Below, piece after piece: positions 15,508 through 23,440 of a stretch of 32,000 nucleotides of DNA (position 1 is its first letter; the number at the start of each line of letters is the position of its first letter). A program made the position numbers and the translations under genes. The notes beneath the pieces are model-generated. The model ran no database searches, had not been told where the DNA came from, and was given only the letters and a program-made list of their open reading frames with translations. Source of the stretch: Pilimelia terevasa (GTDB lineage: Bacteria > Actinomycetota > Actinomycetes > Mycobacteriales > Micromonosporaceae); assembly GCF_014647915.1 (NCBI RefSeq), contig NZ_BMQC01000003.1, forward strand, positions 315,800 through 347,799. Reading direction: 5' to 3'.

Positions 15508-16686
15508 ATGGACACCGCGATCGTGCTCTTCACCCGCGATCTCCGCGTGCACGACAACCCCGCCCTGGCGGCGGCCTGCCAGCTCGCGCGGCGCGTCGTC
15601 CCGCTGTTCGTCCGCGACCGGGCGGTCCGGGCCGGGGACCCGCGGCAGGCGTTTCTGGCCGGGGCGCTGGCCGACCTGCGCGGGTCGCTGCGGGAGCGCG
15701 GTGGCGACCTGGTGGTCCGGGAGGGCGACCCGGTGGCCGAGACCCTCCGGCTGGCCCGCGAGGTCGGCGCCGAAGGGGTGGCGGTGGCGCGCGACGTGTC
15801 CCGGTTCGCGCAGCGGCGGTACGACCGGCTGGCCGAGGCGTGCGGAGCGCACCGGATCGCCCTCAAGGGGTTCGACTCGGTGACCGTCGTCGCGCCGTTC
15901 GCGCTCAGGCCGGCCGGCGGCGACCACTACAAGGTGTTCAGCCCGTACTGGCGCCGCTGGCGGGAGCTGCCGCACCGCGCCGTCCTGCCGGCGCCGTCGA
16001 AGGTGGAGCTGCCCGCGGGCGTGGCGGTCGGCCGGCTGCCCGGCGGCGCCGACCGCGCCCCGGTCCCCGGCGGGGAGCGGGCCGCCCGCGAGCGGATGCG
16101 CCGCTGGGACGGCAGCGACTACGTCGAGGGCCACGACGACCTGGCCGGGGACCGGACGTCGCGGCTGTCGCCGTACCTGCACTTCGGCTGCCTGTCGCCG
16201 GTCGAGCTGATCGGCAAGGCCGGCGTGCCCGAGGAGTTCGTCCGGCAGGTCTGCTGGCGGGACTTCTACGCCCAGGTGTGCGCCGCCTTCCCGCAGATCG
16301 TCGACACCCCGTACCGCCCGGGCGCGCACGACGAGTGGCGCGGCTCCGACGCCGACTTCGACCGGTGGGCGGCCGGCGAGACCGGCGTGCCGCTGGTGGA
16401 CGCCGGGATGCGCCAGCTCGCCGCGCAGGGCTGGATGCACAACCGGGCGCGCCTGGTCACCGCCTCGTACCTGACCAAGGACCTCGGCGTCGACTGGCGC
16501 CGCGGCGCCGCCCACTTCATGGCGGCGCTGGTCGACGGGGACGTCGCCAACAACTACGGCAACTGGCAGTGGGTGGCCGGCACCGGCAACGACACCCGGC
16601 CGTACCGCAAGTTCAACCCGCACCGGCAGGCCGAGCGCTACGACCCCAGCGGCGGATATCGACAGCGATGGCTGGATCGGGTGTGA
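15508..16686 (+). CDS. phr: deoxyribodipyrimidine photolyase / cryptochrome family protein, C-terminally short
   Basis: In ORF 15169..16686. ATG at 15508 follows GGAAAGGG; ATG at 15469 is also possible. Motifs: IVLFTRDLRVHDNPAL, TSRLSPYLHFG, WRDFY, GWMHNRARLVTASYL, DGDVANNYGNWQWVAGTG, FNP. The protein ends at YRQRWLDRV, where E. coli Phr continues for about 50 aa. Confidence 0.88.
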   Translation: MDTAIVLFTRDLRVHDNPALAAACQLARRVVPLFVRDRAVRAGDPRQAFLAGALADLRGSLRERGGDLVVREGDPVAETLRLAREVGAEGVAVARDVSRFAQRRYDRLAEACGAHRIALKGFDSVTVVAPFALRPAGGDHYKVFSPYWRRWRELPHRAVLPAPSKVELPAGVAVGRLPGGADRAPVPGGERAARERMRRWDGSDYVEGHDDLAGDRTSRLSPYLHFGCLSPVELIGKAGVPEEFVRQVCWRDFYAQVCAAFPQIVDTPYRPGAHDEWRGSDADFDRWAAGETGVPLVDAGMRQLAAQGWMHNRARLVTASYLTKDLGVDWRRGAAHFMAALVDGDVANNYGNWQWVAGTGNDTRPYRKFNPHRQAERYDPSGGYRQRWLDRV

Positions 16687-17204
16687 TGTCGCGCGCGCGG
16701 GGTACCCGGGACCCCATGACCGCACTCGCCCGCCGCGCGCCCCGCGGCACCGGGATCGTCGCACTCGCCGCCTTCGTCGCCGTCTGCGCCGCCGTCGCGG
16801 CCGGCGGCGCCCTGGCGGCCGCCGACTCCGGCGCCACCTACGCCGCCCTCCAGCGCCCCTCGTGGGCCCCGCCCTCGTGGCTGTTCGGCCCGGTCTGGAC
16901 CGTCCTGTACGCCTCGATCGCCGTCTCCGGCTGGCTGGTCTGGCGGCGGATCGGCTTCGGCAACGCCTTCTGGCCCTACGGCGTCCAACTGGCGCTCAAC
17001 GCCGCGTGGACGCCCGTCTTCTTCGCCGCCGACGCCTACGGCGCCGCGGTCGCGGTCATCGCCGCGCTGTGGCTGGCCATCGGCGCCAACGTGCACGCCT
17101 TCCGGCGGCACGACCGGGGCGCGGCGCTGCTGCTCCTGCCCTACTGGGCGTGGGTGACCTTCGCCGGTGCGCTCAACCTCGCGATCTGGTGGCTGAACCG
17201 CTGA
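16686..17204 (+). CDS. tspO: TspO/MBR family tryptophan-rich sensory protein
   Basis: In the frame of ORF 15414..17204. ATG at 16686 overlaps the photolyase TGA (TGATG); ATG at 16716 is an alternative. Five TM segments. Motifs: PSWAPPSWLFGPVWTVLY, LALNAAWTPVFF, LLPYWAWVTFAGALN. Confidence 0.9.
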   Translation: MSRARGTRDPMTALARRAPRGTGIVALAAFVAVCAAVAAGGALAAADSGATYAALQRPSWAPPSWLFGPVWTVLYASIAVSGWLVWRRIGFGNAFWPYGVQLALNAAWTPVFFAADAYGAAVAVIAALWLAIGANVHAFRRHDRGAALLLLPYWAWVTFAGALNLAIWWLNR

Positions 17205-18709
17205 TGCGCGTCCTGGTGACCGGCGCGACCGGCTACATCGGGGGGCGGCTCGCGCCGCGCCTGGCCCAGGCCGGGTACGCGGTGCGCTGCCTGTCCCGGT
17301 CGCCGCGGCGGCTCGCCGACGTGCCCTGGGCGGCCGGGATGGAGGTCGCCGAGGGGGACGTGACCCGCCCCGACACGCTCGGCCCGGCGCTGGCCGGCGT
17401 CGACGTCGCGTACTACCTCGTCCACGCCCTGGGCAGCGCCGACTTCGAGGCCGCCGACCGCGCCGGGGCGGCCGCGTTCGCCGCCGCCGCGCGGGCCGCC
17501 GGGGTACGCCGGATCATCTACCTCGGCGGGCCGGCGCCCGAGGGCGGGCGCAGCTCCGCGCACCTGCGCTCGCGCGACGAGGTCGCCCGGATCCTGCTGG
17601 ACAGCGGCGTGCCCACGGTCGTCCTGCGGGCCGCCGTGATCCTGGGCTCCGGGTCCGCGTCGTTCGAGATGCTGCGCTACCTCACCGAGCGGCTGCCGGC
17701 GATGGTCACGCCGCGCTGGGTGGAGAACCGGATCCAGCCGATCGCGGTCCGCGACGTCCTGCACTACCTGCTCGCCGCGGCGCGGCTGCCCGCCGGCACG
17801 CACGGGGACTTCGACATCGGCGGACCCGACGTCCTGACGTTCGCCGAGATGATGCAGCGGTACGCGCGGGTGGCGGGCCTGCCGCCGCGGGTGATCGTCC
17901 CGGTCCGCGTCCTGACCCCCCGGCTGTCCGCGTACTGGGTCGGCCTGGTCACGCCCGTGCCCGGCGCGCTGGCCCGGCCGCTGGTGGCCAGCCTCGTCCA
18001 CGAGGCGGTGTGCCGGGACGACCGGATCTCCGACCTCGTCCCGCCCCCGCCCGGCGGGCGCACCGGCGTGGACGCCGCGATCGGCCTGGCGCTGTCCCGG
18101 ATCCGGGCCGGCGCGGTGGAGACCCGCTGGTCCAGCGCGGCCGCGCCGTCGGACCCGCTGCCCACCGACCCGGACTGGGCCGGCGGCTCGCTGTACACCG
18201 ACGTGCGGGTCGCCGAGGTCGACGCGTCGGCCGGCGGGCTGTGGCGGGTCATCGAGGCCGTCGGCGGCGAGCGCGGGTGGTACTCGTTCCCGCTGGCCTG
18301 GGCCGTGCGCGGCTGGCTGGACACGCTCGCCGGGGGCGTCGGGCTGCGCCGCGGCCGGCGCGACCCCGACCGGCTGCACCTGGGCGAGGCGCTGGACTTC
18401 TGGCGCGTCGAGGAGATCGAGCGCGGACGGCTGCTGCGGCTGCGCGCGGAGATGCGGCTGCCCGGCCGGGCGTGGCTGGAGCTGCGGGTCCGCACCGACG
18501 GCGGCCGCACCCGCTACGCCCAGCGGGCCGTGTTCCGGCCGCGCGGCCTGGCCGGGCACCTCTACTGGTACGCGGTGTCGCCGTTCCACGCCGTGGTGTT
18601 CGGGGGGATGGCCCGCAACATCGCCCGCGCGGCCCGCCGCCACGACCGGCGGGCCGCCGGCCACCCGGACCGGCCGGACCGGCCGGCCGCCGCGGACGCG
18701 GCCACCTAG
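17204..18709 (+). CDS. atypical SDR / NmrA-like NAD(P)-binding protein fused to a DUF2867-like domain
   Basis: ATG at 17204 overlaps the tspO TGA (TGATG). Motifs: VLVTGATGYIGGRL. C-terminal block WYSFPLAWAVRGWLDTLAGGVGLRRGRR...LDFWRVEE...AEMRLPGRAWLEL matches my memory of DUF2867. Confidence 0.85.
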   Translation: MRVLVTGATGYIGGRLAPRLAQAGYAVRCLSRSPRRLADVPWAAGMEVAEGDVTRPDTLGPALAGVDVAYYLVHALGSADFEAADRAGAAAFAAAARAAGVRRIIYLGGPAPEGGRSSAHLRSRDEVARILLDSGVPTVVLRAAVILGSGSASFEMLRYLTERLPAMVTPRWVENRIQPIAVRDVLHYLLAAARLPAGTHGDFDIGGPDVLTFAEMMQRYARVAGLPPRVIVPVRVLTPRLSAYWVGLVTPVPGALARPLVASLVHEAVCRDDRISDLVPPPPGGRTGVDAAIGLALSRIRAGAVETRWSSAAAPSDPLPTDPDWAGGSLYTDVRVAEVDASAGGLWRVIEAVGGERGWYSFPLAWAVRGWLDTLAGGVGLRRGRRDPDRLHLGEALDFWRVEEIERGRLLRLRAEMRLPGRAWLELRVRTDGGRTRYAQRAVFRPRGLAGHLYWYAVSPFHAVVFGGMARNIARAARRHDRRAAGHPDRPDRPAAADAAT

Positions 18710-20445
18710 CCGCCCGCCAGGAGGAGCTGGTCCACCGGCGCGTAGTCGTCGGTCAGCACGCGCGCGCCGCCGGCGAAGGCCCGCGCCTGCGCGCCGTCCA
18801 GCACCCGCACCGAGCCCGGCGCCAGGCCGGCCAGGCGGCGCGTCCAGTCGGCCATCGGCAGGGGCGCCGTCGACGCGACGATGACGAAGTTCGCGCCGGC
18901 CCGGCCGGCCGCCGCCGCCGGCGTGGAGGCCAGCGCGACGTACGGGAAGACCGCCGCGACGGTGGCGACCTCGGCCCGGACGAAGCGGTACGGCGGGTGG
19001 TCGATGACGTTCTGCGCGTACCGGCCGCCGGGCCGCAGCACCCGGCGCACGTCGGCGACCAGCTCGCGGGTCGCCAGGTGCCACGGCACCACCAGGTGCC
19101 CGAACGCGTCGCCGATCAGCAGGTCGCGGCTGGCGTCGGGCTCAGCGGCCAGGTGCACCCGCGCGTCGCCCGTGCGCACCCGCAGCCGCGGCCCGGTGCG
19201 CAGGCCCAGCCGCTCGCGGTCCAGGGCGACGAGCCGGTCGTCGAGTTCGAGGACCAGGCTGTCGCTGCCCGGCCGGTTGGCCTCCAGGAACCGGGGCAGG
19301 GTGAACCCGCCGCCGCCCAGGTGCAGGGCCTGCACCGGGGTACCGGGCGGCGCGGCGGCCTCGGTCAGCGCCGCGATCCACTGCACGTACCCGTACCGCA
19401 GGTAGGTCGGGTCGGCGAGGTCGACGTACGAGTGGGCGGCCGAGTTCAGGACCAGCGTCCGGCCCTGCGCGCGCTGCGGGTCGACGACCACCTCGGCGCA
19501 GTGGTACGCCGTCTCCCGGGTACACGGGTTGGGCGCGACCGCGGTCAGCGCCGCGCCGCCGACGGCGGCCACGGCCAGCCCCAGGCTGGTCACGCCGCGC
19601 GCGGTCACGGCCGGGTCGCTCGCGCCGCGGTCCGCCCGGTGCAGGTACAGCCCCAGCCCGACGCCCGCCAGGCCGAGCGCGGCGGCCAGGACCAGCATGA
19701 TCACGCTGCTGGGCAGCGCGGCGACTAACACGAACCCGGTACCGAGGGTCGCGGTCACGGCGCCGAGCGTGCCGACGCTGGACAGCCGCCCGACGACGTG
19801 CCCGGTCCGGCGCAGGTCGGCCAGTTGCAGCTTGACGACCAGCGGGGTGACGGCGGAGAGCAGGGCCGCCGGGGCGAACACGGCGGCGGCGGTGAGGGCC
19901 AGGACGCCCGGGGCGCTGCTGCCGCGCAGCGCCTCCCCGGCGTACCGGACGATCGGCAGGGTGAGGCCGGTGGCGACGCCGGCCAGCACGAGGGTGGGGG
20001 CGAGCAGGCGGCGCGGGTCCCGGCGGTCGGCGAACCAGCCGCCGGTCCACGCGCCGTAGGCGATGGCGGCCAGGGCCAGGCCGATGACGGCGCTGCTGGT
20101 CTGGAGGGTGACGCCGACGTACGGGCCGATCAGGCGCAGCGCGACGACCTCCAGCACGAGGACGGCGCCGCTGGCGAGGAACACCAGCGTGCCGGCCAGC
20201 CAGGTCGGCAGCGCCCGGCCGGCCGCGGCGACGGCGACCCGCTCCGCGGGGGACGCGGCGGGCGGCGGGGCGGCGGTTCCCCCGGCGCCGGAGGGTCCCG
20301 GGGGGCCGGGGGCGGCGGGCGATCCCGCGCCGTGCGCGGGTCCGGCGGCGCCGGAGGGTGTGGCGGGGTCGGGCTGGCGGGCGTCGGGGCCGGCTGGGTT
20401 GTCCACGCCGCCATCCTGCCGCCCCGCGCCCGCCGGATCCCTCAA
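18706..20445 (-). CDS. membrane-fused spermidine-synthase-like (polyamine aminopropyltransferase family) protein
   Basis: About 7 TM helices, then a methyltransferase-fold domain (ALHLGGGGFTLPRF, VLELDD, DLLIGDAF, LRPGGRY). The longest start is TTG at 20445. The first ~75 aa are Pro/Ala/Gly-rich, so the true start may be downstream. Confidence 0.82.
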   Translation of the reverse strand: MRDPAGAGRQDGGVDNPAGPDARQPDPATPSGAAGPAHGAGSPAAPGPPGPSGAGGTAAPPPAASPAERVAVAAAGRALPTWLAGTLVFLASGAVLVLEVVALRLIGPYVGVTLQTSSAVIGLALAAIAYGAWTGGWFADRRDPRRLLAPTLVLAGVATGLTLPIVRYAGEALRGSSAPGVLALTAAAVFAPAALLSAVTPLVVKLQLADLRRTGHVVGRLSSVGTLGAVTATLGTGFVLVAALPSSVIMLVLAAALGLAGVGLGLYLHRADRGASDPAVTARGVTSLGLAVAAVGGAALTAVAPNPCTRETAYHCAEVVVDPQRAQGRTLVLNSAAHSYVDLADPTYLRYGYVQWIAALTEAAAPPGTPVQALHLGGGGFTLPRFLEANRPGSDSLVLELDDRLVALDRERLGLRTGPRLRVRTGDARVHLAAEPDASRDLLIGDAFGHLVVPWHLATRELVADVRRVLRPGGRYAQNVIDHPPYRFVRAEVATVAAVFPYVALASTPAAAAGRAGANFVIVASTAPLPMADWTRRLAGLAPGSVRVLDGAQARAFAGGARVLTDDYAPVDQLLLAGG

Positions 20446-20527
20446 CCGCCGCGCCGGGCCGCGTGTCCCGTGGGTTCGTGGTTCCTCCGCGTGGCAGCCG
20501 TGGGGTGGCGGGTGCCCGCGGCGGTCG

Positions 20528-20587
20528 CGGCGGCGGGGGTCAGGCCGGGTCAGCGGCGGCGGGGGTCGGGCCGGGTCAGCGGCGGCG
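20528..20587. repeat. 26-bp tandem direct repeat, 2.3 copies (CGGCGGCGGGGGTC[A/G]GGCCGGGTCAG)
   Basis: Read directly: copies at 20528-20553 and 20554-20579 differ at one position, with a partial third copy at 20580-20587. The repeat spans the stop codon of the small minus-strand ORF. Confidence 0.7.
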
Positions 20588-20803
20588 AAGGAGGAGCCAG
20601 CCCAGGACGACCGGGGCCACCGCGGTGAGCGCGACCGCGGCGGCCAGGAGCAGGGCCCGGCCGGCCGTGACGCCGGACGTCGGGCCGCCGCCGAGGAGCA
20701 TGGCGGCCAGGACGCCGCCGCCCGCGGCGGTGACCATGGCGAGGGTGACGACCAGCGTCGTGGCGGAGGCGGCGCGCGGACGGGGCGGCGGGTGCGCGGT
20801 CAT
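20576..20803 (-). CDS. small hypothetical membrane protein (two predicted TM helices)
   Basis: ATG at 20803 (GTG at 20833 is possible). 75 aa with near-100 percent GC3 and two hydrophobic stretches. No family recognised. Confidence 0.5.
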   Translation of the reverse strand: MTAHPPPRPRAASATTLVVTLAMVTAAGGGVLAAMLLGGGPTSGVTAGRALLLAAAVALTAVAPVVLGWLLLRRR

Positions 20804-20833
20804 GACCCGGACCGTAGTCACCCGCGGATCCAC

Positions 20834-21288
20834 TGTGGCGGGTTCAGCGAAATGTCTCCCGGGTCGGGTGACCCCGACCCGGGCTCATCCGATGACGTAC
20901 CGTCACCGAACGGCCGGCGCACACTCCCCCACGACGCCGGTACTGCCGAAATATCGTCCCGGTTCCCGGCCGCGTGGGCGGTAGGCGTGGTTATGCGAGA
21001 AGCAACAGATACCTGGAACCCCACTACTAGTGGTCCCTCCGGACACCATCCGCAACGAGAGGTCGTCGCCCGGTCGGCCGGATCGCCACGATGCTGACGG
21101 CCTGCGGTACCGAGTCGGACAAATCCGCGCGCAATTCTGTCCGCATTACCCGCAATTGACAGGCTATCGACACCCCGAAGGGAGGAACCACAATAGGTAT
21201 TGAACCGGATGAGTACGGTGAATGGTCGATCCTTTACTGACCATGCGAACCATTGGCCGTCGTCTTCTCGCTGCATAGCGTGGCCGTC
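20834..21288 (+). promoter_or_regulatory. long non-coding divergent region containing a GC-poor candidate cis-regulatory 5-prime leader
   Basis: 455 bp without a convincing ORF. Positions 21121-21260 are about 52 percent GC by hand count, against well over 70 percent in flanking genes. Contains AAGGGAGGAACCA (21178-21190) and ACGGTGAATGGTC (21215-21227). AATGGTC can pair with either GACCAT (21239-21244) or ACCATT (21249-21254). Confidence 0.35.
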
Positions 21289-22179
21289 ATGTCCCGCGAA
21301 CACGCCCCCCTCACGCGTGAGCGTCCGGCCGAAACCGCCGAGCGCCGCCCGTCTGTGCGCATGTCGCGAAACAGCACGGCGGGTGGACAGGTGCACGACC
21401 GGCCCTCCGGTGACTGGGGTCCACCTGACCGTCCGCTACCGCGGCACACCGGCGCCCGCCCGCCGGGTACGAGCAGCCGACACCGGGTCGCCGGCCGGCG
21501 GCGGCGCCGCCCGCTCGTCCTCGGCACCATGCTGGCGTGCGCGTTCGGCCTGGTGGTCGCCGTGGTGCTGGCCGGTGTCGTTCCCGGCACCACCGTCGCC
21601 GGGCGGGACCTCGCCGCCAACGCCGACGAGGCAGCGATCATCGACCGCAACCGCCAGGACGACAGTCGCCGGGACAACCCCGAGGCGTCGCGGGGCCAGC
21701 GCCGGGCGGCCCCTGCGCTGTCGGGCAAACCGGCGGCCAAACCGGTCCGGCCGGTCGCCGGCCTCAGCAGCACGCAGATGGCCAACGCGCAGGTGATCGT
21801 CCTGGCGGCCCGCAAGCGCAAGCTCCCCTCTCGGGCGATGCTGGTGGGGCTGATGACGGCCATGCAGGAGACGAACCTGCGCAACCTCGCCAATCCGGGT
21901 GTACCGGCGTCGCTGCGCCACCAGAACGACGGGACCGGCACCGACCACGACTCCGTCGGGGTGTTCCAGCAGCGGCCGAGCCAGGGCTGGGGTTCGGTGG
22001 CGGAGCTGATGGACCCGCACTACGCGGCCGGCGCCTTCTTCGGCAGGCTGGAGCGCACCCCGGGCTGGGAGAAGCTGCCGCTGACCCGGGCGGCGCAGAC
22101 GGTCCAGCGGTCGGCGTTCCCCAGCGCCTACGCCAAGCACGAGACCAAGGCCCGCAAGATCGTCGCCGCCCTCGCCTGA
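21289..22179 (+). CDS. membrane-anchored lysozyme-like / lytic-transglycosylase-like (SLT-like) cell-wall protein
   Basis: Frame of ORF 21253..22179. Basic N-terminus, one TM (LVLGTMLACAFGLVVAVVLAGVV), a linker, then a domain with MQETNLRNL (candidate catalytic Glu), DHDSVGVFQQRPSQGWG and SAFPSAYAKH. Start is uncertain (21289 or 21361). Confidence 0.75.
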   Translation: MSREHAPLTRERPAETAERRPSVRMSRNSTAGGQVHDRPSGDWGPPDRPLPRHTGARPPGTSSRHRVAGRRRRRPLVLGTMLACAFGLVVAVVLAGVVPGTTVAGRDLAANADEAAIIDRNRQDDSRRDNPEASRGQRRAAPALSGKPAAKPVRPVAGLSSTQMANAQVIVLAARKRKLPSRAMLVGLMTAMQETNLRNLANPGVPASLRHQNDGTGTDHDSVGVFQQRPSQGWGSVAELMDPHYAAGAFFGRLERTPGWEKLPLTRAAQTVQRSAFPSAYAKHETKARKIVAALA

Positions 22180-22189
22180 TCGGGCCGCC

Positions 22190-23356
22190 TCACCCGGACG
22201 CCGGCCCGGACCGGTCGGAGTCGGCGCTGGCGCCGCGGTCGGCCGCGGCGGGCGCGTCAGCGGGGTCCGGATCCCCGGCGGCGCGGGCGTCCGGGTCGTC
22301 GAAGGCCGGCGCGGCCGGTACCGCGCGGTCGTCGCGCATCGCCAGGAACGGCTCCCGGGTCGGGTCGAACCCGGCCGACGCCACGCGGGTGCGCTCCAGT
22401 TCGGCGTCGAAGGTCGCGCCCAGCAGCAGCACGATGTTCGAGATCCACAGCCACACCAGGAACACGATCACCCCGGCGATGGCCCCGTACGTCTTGCTGT
22501 AGTTGCCGAACGTGGACGCGTACAGCGAGAACGCCACCGACGTGACCACCCACAGTACGACCGCCAGCAGGCCGCCCGGCGACACCCAGCGCAGCCCGCC
22601 CTGGCGCGCGTTCGGGGTCGCCCGGTAGAGGGTCGCCACGACGAGGCTGACGAGGACGGCCAGGATCGGCCACTTCACGACCGCCCAGACGGTCACCGCC
22701 CCGCCCCCGACGCCCACCAGCTCCCCGACCCAGCGGGCGACCGGCCCGCTGACCACGACGATGAGGACGCTCGCCGCGAGCATCACCCCGGTCAGCAGCG
22801 TCACGCCGACCTGGAGCGGGATCGTCTTCCACAGCGGCCGGCCCTCGGGTACCTGGTAGATCGCGTTGGCGGCGCGGATGAACGCGCCGACGTACCCGGA
22901 GGCGGCCCAGACGGCACCGAGCAGACCGACGACGGCGGCCAGCCCGGCGGCCTGGCTGCCGCTCAGGTCGCGCATCGCGTCGAAGACCAGGGTGCGGACC
23001 TCGGGGGGCGCGACGGCGACGACCTGGCCGATCACCTCGTCGGCGGTCGAGTCGCCGAGCAGCCCCAGGGTCGACACCATGATCAGCAGAGCCGGGAACA
23101 GGGAGAGGACGCCGTAGTAGGTCAGGGCGGCGGCCCGGTCGGTGAGCTGGAGGCGGGAGATCGACAGGCCGGCGCGCTTGGCGGCCAGCCACCACGACCG
23201 GCCGCTCAGCTCGGTCGGGCTCGCCGGCCCGTCGTCCGGCCCGGGCAGCCGGCGCCCCCCGGCCGCCGCCGCGTCCGGCCCGTCGTCGGCGACCGCCGCG
23301 AGGTGCCGTGCGTCCCGGTCGCCGTGCCGCGGATTGTTCCGCACTCCCTGGCTCAT
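22190..23356 (-). CDS. YihY/virulence factor BrkB family membrane protein
   Basis: ATG at 23356. Motifs: RAAALTYYGVLSLFPALL. Six TM segments. Also YGAIAGVIVFLVWLWISNIVLLLGATFDAE. Asp/Ala/Pro-rich C-terminal tail. Confidence 0.9.
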   Translation of the reverse strand: MSQGVRNNPRHGDRDARHLAAVADDGPDAAAAGGRRLPGPDDGPASPTELSGRSWWLAAKRAGLSISRLQLTDRAAALTYYGVLSLFPALLIMVSTLGLLGDSTADEVIGQVVAVAPPEVRTLVFDAMRDLSGSQAAGLAAVVGLLGAVWAASGYVGAFIRAANAIYQVPEGRPLWKTIPLQVGVTLLTGVMLAASVLIVVVSGPVARWVGELVGVGGGAVTVWAVVKWPILAVLVSLVVATLYRATPNARQGGLRWVSPGGLLAVVLWVVTSVAFSLYASTFGNYSKTYGAIAGVIVFLVWLWISNIVLLLGATFDAELERTRVASAGFDPTREPFLAMRDDRAVPAAPAFDDPDARAAGDPDPADAPAAADRGASADSDRSGPASG

Positions 23357-23401
23357 GCATTCCCCTTACCCGCAATCAGGGGTTTTCCCGCGGGCGGCCC
23401 C

Positions 23402-23424
23402 GAAAAACCGCGGAAATCCCGCGG
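23402..23424 (-). terminator. intrinsic-terminator-like hairpin with T-tract after the TolB-like gene
   Basis: The minus strand reads CCGCGG-GATTT-CCGCGG-TTTTTC, starting 17 nt after the stop at 23441. Confidence 0.5.
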
Positions 23425-23440
23425 CCGCGCTCCGGTGGGG

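Noticed and set aside
16684-16800. Possible frameshift that would restore the missing photolyase C-terminus.
   Set aside because: Translating the other two frames after the stop gives no PEL...W..PW-type continuation. One of those frames is clearly the tspO gene. I therefore report the gene as short rather than as a pseudogene.
20528-20587. Tandem repeat considered as a CRISPR array or minisatellite.
   Set aside because: There are only 2.3 directly abutting copies with no spacers, and no cas genes are present. It is a simple duplication of a gene's 3-prime end.
20818-21396. 192-aa minus-strand ORF covering the GC-poor region.
   Set aside because: It has mixed codon bias, no signal, TM or domain features, and runs antisense into the start of the lysozyme-like gene. 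The region is better explained as a non-coding leader.
21200-21796. 198-aa + strand ORF starting at a TTG 14 nt after a strong GGGAGGAA Shine-Dalgarno-like sequence.
   Set aside because: It overlaps the 21253 frame, which has a clear TM helix and lysozyme-like domain. Its own translation is Pro/Arg/Ala-rich. I treat the GGGAGGAACC element as part of the leader RNA rather than as a ribosome-binding site.
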